DNA of 62,559 bases, filler included, from Globobulimina sp. (lineage: Eukaryota): NCBI GenBank assembly GCA_003354225.1. It is 13 parts of 13 records of this genome, joined end to end, with 100 filler letters (N's around TTAATTAATTAA, not from the genome) between each part and the next. Parts side by side here need not be neighbours in the genome. Positions count along the whole stretch, not along the records: positions 19,312 to 24,034 come from PIVH01000973.1; positions 24,135 to 28,857 come from PIVH01000974.1; positions 28,958 to 33,674 come from PIVH01000975.1; 10 more parts are not named here. One strand, 5' to 3'. The notes beneath the pieces were generated by a model. That model did no database searches and was not told the DNA's origin. It worked only from the letters and a program-made list of their open reading frames with translations. Shown piece after piece: positions 22,301 to 31,744 of this stretch. The first letter of the stretch is position 1. Every line of letters starts with the position of its first letter. A program made the position numbers and the translations under genes.

Positions 22301-23722
22301 AATTTAAATTATTTCTTACAATGCAACGATAATTTACCGGAGGTTGACGAAGATGGCAATTTTATAATTGATGAGAATAATCAATGGCTAATTAAAGCCA
22401 ATCAAATACATGAAAAAATATTAAAGTCCGCTATAAATATACCGATCGATGATGAAACAAAGCAGATTTTTTCAATTGGAAAAGGATTTGGAGGTTTATG
22501 CATTCGCAGTATTCATAATTTAGTCGCGCCAGCATACATTTCTTGTATCCATAAAATTGTCAAATCGCTATGGAATGAATTAAAGATTGAATTATTGTAT
22601 AAGACTGATAGTAAAATTAGAAAAAATATACAAAAAGCAGTAAAATGGAATAATTGTAATACAACAAAGAAATTTAATATTCAGATCGATGATATATTCC
22701 ATAATTTGGATAATTTGAACGTGGACGCCAATGAAAATGCAAATTGTGACATTGAAGTATTTGAAAGTATGCTAAAATTGGCAAATTTACGAATTGAAGA
22801 GAAAGAATCAAAAATGGATGTCGATGAAGAAAAAAACTATGAAAACATTGGATTATATGACATAAATAATAAATTTAGAATGAATTCCATGTCCTACGGT
22901 GTGGAAAGCAAAATATATCACGAAATTTTTAATAAAACGAGTATCAGAAAGAGAATTATGATGAATGCAAGAAGATCGAATAAAAGTATGGCGTTTTTGA
23001 ACAATATTATTGGGATTGATTGGTTGAATGAGATGTTTATGGATGACAATGATTGGAATTTATTGATTCGGATTTTATTTGGATTACCAATAATTGATAA
23101 AAGTAAACAAATTATTTGCAACCAATGCCATGAACATATTAAACACGAACATGTCATTGAACATATTAATAAATGCAGATTTGGCACAAAATCACATCAT
23201 TTTAGGCACGATGAGATCGCCTATTATATATACAAATTATTTAAGGCAGAATGCGGCAATGTATCATACGAAACAAAATCAAGAAAAAATGGAAAAAGTA
23301 AAGAAAAGCCCGATATATGGATTCATAACAGCATCGAATATGAGAAAGATAAGATTAGCAAAGTCATGTTGGACGTCATTATAACCGACATTTTTTGTAA
23401 TGAAAATAAGAAAAATACAGAAAATAATAAAATATCACACTTTATGGCAGGAAATATAGGAGAAAAAAGTAAATATAGTAAATACGAAAATAAATTCGAA
23501 TCGGACTTATTGGATGGATATAAATTCATTCCTATGGCATTAGATAGTTTTGGAGGTATTAGCACAAAATTTAAACATACTTGCAATTCAGCACTAAATT
23601 ATAGAGCTAGCCGATTAAAAAAAGATGTTATGATTGAAAAGAATAATTTTTATGCGAAATTATCAATTTTTATGAAGAAAAATATTATTAAATCATTAAA
23701 AAATCATTTTACAATTCAATAA
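19313..23722 (+). CDS. Zn finger, reverse transcriptase and restriction-like endonuclease polyprotein (at least 1469 aa)
   Basis: RT motifs GGPD, LRPL, DMANFFN, GLHQG, YIDD, EMLG, GFGGL. RLE motifs CxxC..H..C, RHD, E, KPD, LDV, K..KY, FIPMALDSFGG. Manual translation extends the frame upstream of the 19898 GTG to the contig start. Confidence 0.9.
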   Translation, partial: GHTQNRNQLNTQNRNQLKIIEPQSNIHKKGISPSKKENVSNKRRPSKPPLKLFKNKQFERDSKKDNNGGRGLKRKRQIDTTSNGDITIRTKGKINNIGSVRKKKKGLDVYAYDSDTSSSSSADIPISVLICNLNKEKQKNNNNLVINSKQSKKYKCTVCQRCFSLSFLTENSEIQHKDSELICGICRHKIADKIIVHKPKVTDSENKNLESENEETPKQKVAVKCYKVNCTNYIQTNYNQNQIQHCNVTCITCNIDSNGETVNKIKYEWICPRNDCNGGPWLTLSGFIKHFKRLKDNYNCIQHQNNSDIYDKFHIKPCNENTCKNYTKTVKNLIFKYKNLNNDVGGYCAGCSLVNRSNNIKNGTGELQKYNCIDYINLLRTNVADKIPSQILDDYTNLLAYWYKMIVTSNDNRLIELYEKLINLAPKIILNENNRGDGKNAENKKQSIQFMQKKIKAFRELDFEQIIKSIAYTEGEMEKIKKATEKSKNKFKLLIGEELDIKINKMRQRRIAKYAKLNDLSKAYKQTEYKPAMDITEQKRIKWHSKFIKMAQYTKKIEYINGRYKYIKIDKDIAIKLINKMKKGSTGGPDQQSAFHHQQLINANNEEYIKWFLKYLEKICNNDLTDFQIVNMMTSNGIPIPKKDPLDLRPLILNKIVIRIANSYSVYSEIESLATVQLKNQYCMNKKNALSIIVHSVDKFIDFATHKNNQYFGQRDVERMQNNNQINKVLPINPEIEQNKKKQIRNLLKNNNYTFGDDEDINEEIINMLFWDNSDLDNIKILMKDDMANFFNRILRKPSLKNLNIRAPNLYNISYVNYCMPTKVIFDGEIHEMSDGLHQGNTVTNIIVIVNERDIMELVGKMASDLDYLIELLIELNYIDDTNKGDTIRKCIINHLFKKKIGIKYGNKFNNKKTEIILTHYRDKLNKETNQYFCNFKFKILENSEFEMLGIQRGKGKYNKMMSKKLNKMNTKIDIINSVDSYWYKYKLLNSCEKFENLNYFLQCNDNLPEVDEDGNFIIDENNQWLIKANQIHEKILKSAINIPIDDETKQIFSIGKGFGGLCIRSIHNLVAPAYISCIHKIVKSLWNELKIELLYKTDSKIRKNIQKAVKWNNCNTTKKFNIQIDDIFHNLDNLNVDANENANCDIEVFESMLKLANLRIEEKESKMDVDEEKNYENIGLYDINNKFRMNSMSYGVESKIYHEIFNKTSIRKRIMMNARRSNKSMAFLNNIIGIDWLNEMFMDDNDWNLLIRILFGLPIIDKSKQIICNQCHEHIKHEHVIEHINKCRFGTKSHHFRHDEIAYYIYKLFKAECGNVSYETKSRKNGKSKEKPDIWIHNSIEYEKDKISKVMLDVIITDIFCNENKKNTENNKISHFMAGNIGEKSKYSKYENKFESDLLDGYKFIPMALDSFGGISTKFKHTCNSALNYRASRLKKDVMIEKNNFYAKLSIFMKKNIIKSLKNHFTIQ

Positions 23723-23960
23723 ATTTATTATATATATTTCTTAATTATATTTGGTATTTATATTATTAATTTTGTAAAACTTTTGTGTTTTTGATAGTTA
23801 TTTGTTTTTAGTTTTGTTTTGTTTGTTAAGAATATATCAAAAACGTTTGTTTCTATTGTTTTTGATATACAAAATGTTTTACAAGTTGTGGAATAAAGTC
23901 GTGTGACTTATTTAAATTAAATTTGAGCGCAAAGTGTTGCTCTATATCCCAAAAAAAAAA
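19313..23960 (+). mobile_element. CRE-clade (RLE-type) non-LTR retrotransposon, 5' end beyond contig
   Basis: Uninterrupted frame 19313-23722, T-rich 3' UTR, and A10 at 23951-23960 as a possible poly(A) tail. Confidence 0.85.
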
Positions 23961-24211
23961 TCAAATTGGAGCTTTAATCAAACGAAACAAAAACAGTAAA
24001 AAGAAGGAATATCGTGATTTAGTTTTACGTTTACNNNNNNNNNNNNNNNNNNNNNNNNNNNNNNNNNNNNNNNNNNNNTTAATTAATTAANNNNNNNNNN
24101 NNNNNNNNNNNNNNNNNNNNNNNNNNNNNNNNNNAAAAATAAAAAAAAAAAAAAAAATTAAAGAAATCATATGAAAAAAACATTAAACGGACTATTTACG
24201 CACAGAAATAA

Positions 24212-26030
24212 TTATTTATTTAAATATTGTTGCTGTAATACGGAATATGATGAAGCGTTCCTAATAATAGGTGTTTCACCGGAATTTAACATTTGTTTGC
24301 CACCGGAAGTAATATCATCAGCCAACATAAAAACCTGTTTAAATTTTTCAGTTTTTAAAAATCGATTCAATGGACTTTTTAATAGTCGAATTATTTCAAT
24401 ACAACACCCATCCATAATATTAAATACTTTATAATCTTTACGCTTGCCTTCAACTTCAAGGCTTGCATCAAAATATTTTGTCAATTCATTCCTTAACGCG
24501 TACGGTATATTTAATTCGTGACTGCTATCGCATGCTACATACTTATTATACAACATTTTCATCTGTAAATATAGATTATTTTCATTCTCTGCCAAAATTA
24601 ATGATAATGGCAATGCCGATGTTAAACATATTTGCGTCATAATTGAGCCTTCGTCGTGAAATAAATATGTATAAATACACTTATTCTTATCAATATTATT
24701 GGGATTTACATTAAAATCAACTACTTGATATAAAGTGTTATCCTTTTTCTTTAAACTGGAATTTTTTGCCTGTAATTGCGGGTTCTCGCTCTCTTCTTCT
24801 TCATCTTTAACAACATTCGTAATAATAAACTCTGAACTGACCACACATGTTTTTGGTATCCGCACTAAATTATTGCGTCTGACTTGATATGCATGCTTTA
24901 TTTGTATTAATTCAACAATAAACAATAGACTTTCAGCACAAAATTCTGACACTAAATATTCAATAAATCCTTTGAAAGATTCGTAATGTGAAATTACTGG
25001 ATTTATTCCTTTTATTTTTTGTTGTGGTTCTTCTCTTTTTGGAGTTACCGTTTCGGTGTCGGTGTCACTCATAATTGTTACAAGTAATTGCAAAAACGAA
25101 TTTAGTCGTTTTTCATTTTTGTTAGTCAGATATACTGGATATGCGGTCGAAAATAATGCTAAAGAAAGCGTAACACCGTCTGTAATGAACAAATATGTCA
25201 TCCATTCGAATCTATCTGCTGCTGGACCGGGTAATATGTAATGGCAAACCATAAATATAATCATATAAACACTTAACACGGTTAACAATATAACAAATTG
25301 ATAAAATATCTCATTTCGAATATTATAAATATCATTTAAGTGCCGTGCTTTCCAAAATGTATACATTGCTATGCCTGTTGGTATTGTTGCTAATGTTAAA
25401 TGACAAAAATCCATTAATAACTCTGCTTTGACTATGTATAATGAGTGTTTTTGTGTACTTAATATATAGAAACATGCATAAATGGTACATGCATTACTAA
25501 CATAAAAGAGTAAAAACAACAGAATCGATAATGACGGAGATTAAATATGGTACAAATGTGATCTTTATTAAATATGTAGGGTTTCCATATTTATTTTTAT
25601 TGCGGATAAACCAATCATTGTCATGTGGATTAATATCTTTTTTCCACGACTTATCTGCAATGGATTGATTATATTGTTGTTGATAATATAAATTATATAC
25701 TTTAATTGCAAATAAATCCATTAAAGCCCACCATGTTATGCCTAAAAAAAAAGCAACGGACCAAAAGGGCACATCAATGATACCCCAAACTTGTGCGGAT
25801 ACAAAATATATTCTTTCTGTGCAATTTGTAAATATTGCTAAGATATTTATTGTATAGACCAAGAGTGAATTTCTAGAGTGAATCACGTTCGTTGTATTGA
25901 CAGTATTGTCACTGATAATTTTTTGTTTATCATACTTCCGATATTGTAACAGGAAATATATTAATATTGGACAAAATATAAGGATATTAAATATGAGCAT
26001 AAACACTGAAACAATATCGATGCTGTCCAT
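24212..26030 (-). CDS. 7TM-RGS protein; intron 25432-25501
   Basis: Multiple TM helices, DIYNIRNEI loop, then RGS motifs FIEYLVSEFCAESLLF, LYNKYV, ELNIP, LNRFLKTEKF. The phase-1 intron joins the two ORFs. Confidence 0.85.
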
Positions 26031-26318
26031 TGTTACTATCACTGAAACAGGTTGGATAAATTTGGGTTTGCAATTGCGTTCACTAAAAACTAGTCGGTCA
26101 ATAGGCCTCTCCGATTAGTACTGATTTTTTTTTCTGTTCAAAAACGCTTTCACTAAATATTAAGTAAACAAACAAAGAATTGTCATCTCGTTCTATAGTT
26201 GACGTACTCGTATACGCACTGTTTCCATGCTCAAACAAACAAAACTTGAAATAAACAAAAATTTACAAGACGCCATTCCAAATCACAAAAATATTATACA
26301 AGTAGAAGCAAGAAATAA

Positions 26319-28856
26319 TTATTGTTGTTTAACAGATGTTGTTTTGTTTTGAATCGCAGATAAAACCGTAGTATTTGTAAACTGATATTCCTTTCTGGTT
26401 TGTTGCGATGCCAATTTCAATTCTGGTGCGGCTTTGTCATCATCGAATGATAATAAATATCGACTTGGCTCAATTACACACTCTGCATTTTCCACTCCAA
26501 AGCTATGCACACAATCAATAAATTGCTGCGCGCCCTGCCATCCAATGTCCTTTACCAACACAATCGGCGTAAACTGATTGCTTTCAATTTGTTGCTCATA
26601 CAAAGCTTTGATACCATCCAATGTCGCAAATGTGCTCTTGAACGCGGCTCGAAGCACATCAATTTTATCCTCTTTTTTTCGCGAATTCCTATAGATTCTG
26701 TCTTGGGTTCGATTCAGTAAACTCATATTATGAAAGACTTCGACTAAATTTGTAAATATTAACGCATCAATAAATTCTTTTAAAATTTTTAATTTCTCTT
26801 TTTTTTCATCAAATTTTAATGACATACCGTCCTCACCAACGGCAACAGACTTTTTCTCGGCAGATTCACTTCGAACATCACTGTAATCATTAGTTCCACT
26901 GCCAAGATCTTGATATTTTTCTTGGATGAATGCAGTGTATAACTCCTTGGTATTTACCAGCTGGATCTCGTAGCCACCAACATCTCTTTGATCGATCCAT
27001 TTATATAATCCTTGTATTAAATACACAACGAAAGGCATGTATTTCTCCAAAAATGCTTGAAAACGCCGTGAAATTCCATAACATGAACAACATTCACAAC
27101 ACAACAATGGTACTCCGATTATTATACACAATGGGAAATATATAGCAAATAATATGGTAAAAAATATCACAATTAATGGCAAACGGATCAGTAGAAAGGA
27201 CACATAATGATATATCCAAAAAGAGATAATTGATTCCCACAAATTTGCAGAATTCTTGGCTTCATTCTTGGCTCTGTAACAATTATCACATAGATCGATG
27301 TTCATTTGTTCAACAAACGCCAAGTCATTGGCCATGAAGCCATAATCGGGCGGTTCCTTCTCGTTTTCTAAATTGTATCTGGTCAAATCATTATCTTTTT
27401 CATTTTCTAAATTATACAAAGTGCAATAATTACATCGCCAATATCTCATTTTCTTCGTACTTTGCTGTTTCCAGTTATCTTGTTTTCGATAACATGACTG
27501 ATGGATACTATATTTGCAGTCATCACATTCGTATTTAATCGATTCAGAGCGCAGATTCCCTTTACATTTATCACAAATTGCGTCTGCTCCATCACGTTTT
27601 GTGCTGTTTCGGGTTAAGCCATGATTCCGTGGACAATTTTCAATCTCCACAAAATAAATATACTCCGAATCAGTTTTAAGTTGTTTGTTTTCTTGTTTGT
27701 AGAGCTTATTATGTCGGACTCCGAATGGTTGCATGATATATTTGGACGCATTTATAATTTGCCCGCCATGCAATGCGCGATACGTTGGATGGATAACATA
27801 ATTAAAACAAAGACTTAACACAAAGGGAATGGTTTGAAATGGCGGCGGTAAGATTGGCAATGCATATTTGGAATATAATACTTGCGTTTTATAAAAGTTG
27901 ACCTGTCTTTCCGCAGTTTTATTAATATCCTCATAAGAACCGGACATGACTGCAATGATAAAATTTAGCAAAATGATCACCGCCAATACCACATACAGCA
28001 AAACCACAAAGTTTACAAAGAAATTCCTCCATCGATTGTCATATGCATTGTGAAATTCGTCATTCTCCATTCCACTGAGGATGCCATACACCGTCGAAAC
28101 TAACGCCTCGCTCCAGCTGTCCCAGCCAGTTTGGTCGCCGGTGGCCATTAAAAGAATGGTTGCGAATGCAATCACAAACAGACCTAAAAACACTGCAAAA
28201 TTTATTATGTCGAACACCATTTTCAATAAACTGCGAACCAAAAGACCCATGCTTTTAAATACAAACAACGTAAAACATAATTTAATGCATATAAACATTA
28301 TCACAATGAACCAAATGAAGAGATATAATGAGTTTTGCCAGGTATCGATGCAATAATTTTGTGGATCAACAGTACATTCCAACATATCTGTGACGACTAA
28401 CATTCGTAACACAAATAATGCAATGAATGCCAGCATTAATACCATATCAAGGATATTCAACGTATCCTTATAATATTTTTTATTATTTTTCATCTGATCG
28501 ATTTCAGACACAATAAATGTGGCGTTCCAAACATGAAATAAAATTTCAAGCGGAGCCATATTTGTCGAGCTGTACAGTGTTTGTTCCACGGAGGCAAAAT
28601 AAATAATTAATGCAGTGTGGCAGCACAAAAAAATTAATTCCAACTGCATTTTTCCAATGGGAGAAAAAAACCAATCTCTTGTCCTGGTCGTTGAGAATAA
28701 AAATGTGCTAAAATTATTCCACGATTTAAACATTGATATGTAATCTCCAAAAAATGTATAAACCCATTGTGTCAATTCGCCTTTTTGATCTCTGAATTTT
28801 TCGGTTTTCTCAACATCAATCAACAATGTATCCGCTCTGGAAATCCAAATTAATGA
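26319..28856 (-). CDS. TRP-family cation channel with Cys-rich C-terminal region, 5'-partial
   Basis: Six TM segments (SP..K, NILD, MGLLVRSLLKMVFDIINF, pore helix, LLNFIIAVMSGSY), TRP-box-like LPPPF, and a C1-like motif CDKC..CDDC..HQSC. Confidence 0.85.
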   Translation of the reverse strand, partial: SLIWISRADTLLIDVEKTEKFRDQKGELTQWVYTFFGDYISMFKSWNNFSTFLFSTTRTRDWFFSPIGKMQLELIFLCCHTALIIYFASVEQTLYSSTNMAPLEILFHVWNATFIVSEIDQMKNNKKYYKDTLNILDMVLMLAFIALFVLRMLVVTDMLECTVDPQNYCIDTWQNSLYLFIWFIVIMFICIKLCFTLFVFKSMGLLVRSLLKMVFDIINFAVFLGLFVIAFATILLMATGDQTGWDSWSEALVSTVYGILSGMENDEFHNAYDNRWRNFFVNFVVLLYVVLAVIILLNFIIAVMSGSYEDINKTAERQVNFYKTQVLYSKYALPILPPPFQTIPFVLSLCFNYVIHPTYRALHGGQIINASKYIMQPFGVRHNKLYKQENKQLKTDSEYIYFVEIENCPRNHGLTRNSTKRDGADAICDKCKGNLRSESIKYECDDCKYSIHQSCYRKQDNWKQQSTKKMRYWRCNYCTLYNLENEKDNDLTRYNLENEKEPPDYGFMANDLAFVEQMNIDLCDNCYRAKNEAKNSANLWESIISFWIYHYVSFLLIRLPLIVIFFTILFAIYFPLCIIIGVPLLCCECCSCYGISRRFQAFLEKYMPFVVYLIQGLYKWIDQRDVGGYEIQLVNTKELYTAFIQEKYQDLGSGTNDYSDVRSESAEKKSVAVGEDGMSLKFDEKKEKLKILKEFIDALIFTNLVEVFHNMSLLNRTQDRIYRNSRKKEDKIDVLRAAFKSTFATLDGIKALYEQQIESNQFTPIVLVKDIGWQGAQQFIDCVHSFGVENAECVIEPSRYLLSFDDDKAAPELKLASQQTRKEYQFTNTTVLSAIQNKTTSVKQQ

Positions 28857-28957
28857 TNNNNNNNNNNNNNNNNNNNNNNNNNNNNNNNNNNNNNNNNNNN
28901 NTTAATTAATTAANNNNNNNNNNNNNNNNNNNNNNNNNNNNNNNNNNNNNNNNNNNN

Positions 28958-29722
28958 GTTGGCAGCGATGAACATTCATGTTCATATTTACTCATTTTAC
29001 TGGCTGGTTTTATAAATTCTCCCTTTTTAATTTATATAATTTACAAATTGTTTATATTTGTTGACTAATACAAATATAAATATATAAATATAGGAAAAAT
29101 ACAGAAATTTCTTATTCTTAATCTTAACTGTGATCAAAGAGAAGGATTCAACAATGACATATTGTGCGTAAAATGTCACAATATATACAATTTTCGAGGT
29201 TTCATGTGTATAAATCTTATGTGTATGACTTTCATTATTTGCATTAAGAGATTGTTTCCAAATTAATGTTCCTTCATCTTCATCATAAACGGATAAAACA
29301 TCCAAATTATCCACTAATATTATTTTAGAACTTTCAAGTATTTGCATGTCTGCGTTTTGATTATCAATATTTGTATTTGTTTTGATAAATTGTCTTGATT
29401 CCCATAACAATGAACCATCGATTCTCTTCCATTTACGTAATACATTGCCATTACTTAAAGTTATTAATGATTTTTTATCTAAACTCATTTCAAATTGATT
29501 TATAATATCATTTTTATCAAATACTTGTCGCCAAATAATATGACCACTATTTTCTACATCAACTGATGCAATGACGCCTTGTTTGGTCGATACGTACGCG
29601 ACATTTGCTTTCTTATTATAAAACAAATCAGTGACTTCTCCAATGTTCTCTCCAACCCACAACCTCGATGTTGTGCTTATTTCAAATACAAATATTACAA
29701 TACATAATATAAAGTTCAGCAT
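28958..29722 (-). CDS. EMC1-like PQQ beta-propeller protein, 3'-partial; intron 29023-29128
   Basis: Signal peptide, then W..ENIG, VSTKQGVIASVD..SGHIIWRQV, LRKW...DGSLLWES, resembling the N-terminus of ER membrane complex subunit 1. Confidence 0.65.
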
Positions 29723-29789
29723 CAAGACACAGTTGTTTCCAATTAAAAACAAAGAAAACTTTTCAAAAAAATTAACAGTACAAGTTAAG

Positions 29790-30976
29790 TTAATCAACCT
29801 CTTCTAGACTCTCTTCATCCTCCTCCTCATCGTCGTCATCACCACCATTGATTATTATTATTCCATTGTCATCCATTTGGACATATCCAATATTTGCATA
29901 TTTTTTTGCAGTTCTTGGTGTCATTATATTATCATTTTCAAAGTGGTCAAAATCATCAAAATCATCAAACTCATGAAGTGTTGCAAGTGTTGCTTGTTGA
30001 TTAATAGTTTTTTGTTTGTGCTTTATATTAGGCATAGATTTAAAATCTGGCTCAAATTCCTGTAAATAGATATCGTTGGTTTTATTATCATTATCATTGT
30101 TTGCAATGTTTGCAATATTTAGATTTTTGAAAGCCTCAATATCAATATTACCAAAGTTTAGATTAAATAATTGTTTATCAGAATTTGTTAATATTTTTTT
30201 AATTGAATGAAATAATATTTTATTCCATTTTTTCTCTAAAATTGCCGTAAAGTCATGACCAATGTAATAACAATATCCATTTCCATATTTTTTAAAAGCG
30301 ACAGTAGTTAAATCGTCGCAAGTTTTATAAATAATATGTTCTTTATTCACATTTATAATTCCACGAACATCATTTTTGTATTTTAATATATTTGCTTCTT
30401 TTTTAACATGATACGATGTCCCGATTTTTACCGATATTTCATGCCATGAAACATCACAAACTGAATTGATCACATTTGTTGCACGAAAATGACAGCATAT
30501 TAATGAACCACCACCTTTTTCAACAAATGATTTTAATTTCAACTTAGTTTCATCTGATATATCTTTCCAAATATCACCATTGATTTGTGACGGTATCAAT
30601 ATGCAATCAAAATCACATAAATCTAATTTATATTCCCAAAATTCATCACTTTGATTATTATTAATGATGCTATCTTTGTTTTTGTTTTGTTTTGTCCAAA
30701 ATAATGGATTTGAATCAATGGATGTAAATAGAGATACTTTGAATCCTGAGACATTCAGTGTGGTGTCTTGTGAGTTGTGAGTTGTATATTTAATTAGTGT
30801 GTAAGTATATATTATTGGAAAAAAATACGTAACGTACGCAGATATGATACTGTTGCTTTGTGTACATAATTAGGATCACCAATTATGGCAACATGCTTAG
30901 ATAATGGATTTGTAAAATTATATGGTGATGTAATGGGATTTAAAAACGATGTGCTTGGAAAGCCGACCCATTCCAT
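29790..30976 (-). CDS. Hypothetical protein with class-I glutamine amidotransferase-like fold; intron 30767-30837
   Basis: ATG 30976 (MEWVGF...KHVAIIGD) spliced to HTTLNVSGFKV..FDCILIP..LKSFVEKGG.LI..KKYGNGYCYYIG; acidic tail. Confidence 0.5.
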
Positions 30977-31125
30977 AGTTTCTCAAAGTCACACTTCAGC
31001 TAAAACTGCCAAGTCCAAAAACTCAAGAAATGAAATGAGCAAAAACAATGATCTAAGCGTGAGTCGCCGACAATTTGCAAGGGATAGTTAGCATGTCATG
31101 TTTTCAATATTCGCAATGTTTTCAA

Positions 31126-31666
31126 TCAATATGATGTACCAACAGCAAATATTTTACCTAAAATTCTTCCGGTCAGTGATGGTCGCGCAGATTGTCCTGG
31201 TTCAATAGAAACCTTTCCGTTTGAAAATTCTTTTACAACTAAACCTTGCGGGAATTCTCTTACCCAATATCCATCTCTATCATATATGCAATATATATGT
31301 GATTGTTTAATAATATTTGATTCGCAAAATCGCAGTGTATTTATTATCATACCTCCAATATTTTGCCTGGTAATCCCATTTTTCCACTTTATTTAATTGT
31401 TGACGAATTACTATAAAACGGAACCATCCCCAAAACACAAAGCCAACACAAAACCATAACGCATATTGTCCAAATCTTCTCTGTCTATTTTGATTTGCTC
31501 TCATTGAAAAATGATCCCATGGTCTTGCTGTCGCTCCAACATTAAAATCATCAACTTCTGGAACATAATTCCGTTTGTCATATACATGATTCCGTCGTGA
31601 TACAAAGGCTAGTGATGATGGCGACGCATTAACAAAGCGGCGTGTACTCAGTCGTAACGCGTACAT
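31126..31666 (-). CDS. Small single-TM protein with mitochondrial-type presequence; intron 31277-31352
   Basis: MYALRLSTRRFV..VSRR presequence and one TM. A phase-2 intron joins the ORFs (KYWR|DGYWVREF). Confidence 0.6.
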
Positions 31667-31744
31667 GGTTTTGTCCAAGGTTTTTCTAACTATTTCAACT
31701 TTGAAGTTTTAAATATGACAGTACATTAATATATTTTTAAAAAT

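Noticed and set aside
19898-23722. RT ORFs as group II intron, retron, DGR or telomerase
   Set aside because: The C-terminal CCHC/RHD/PD..D endonuclease and eukaryotic context indicate RLE non-LTR elements.
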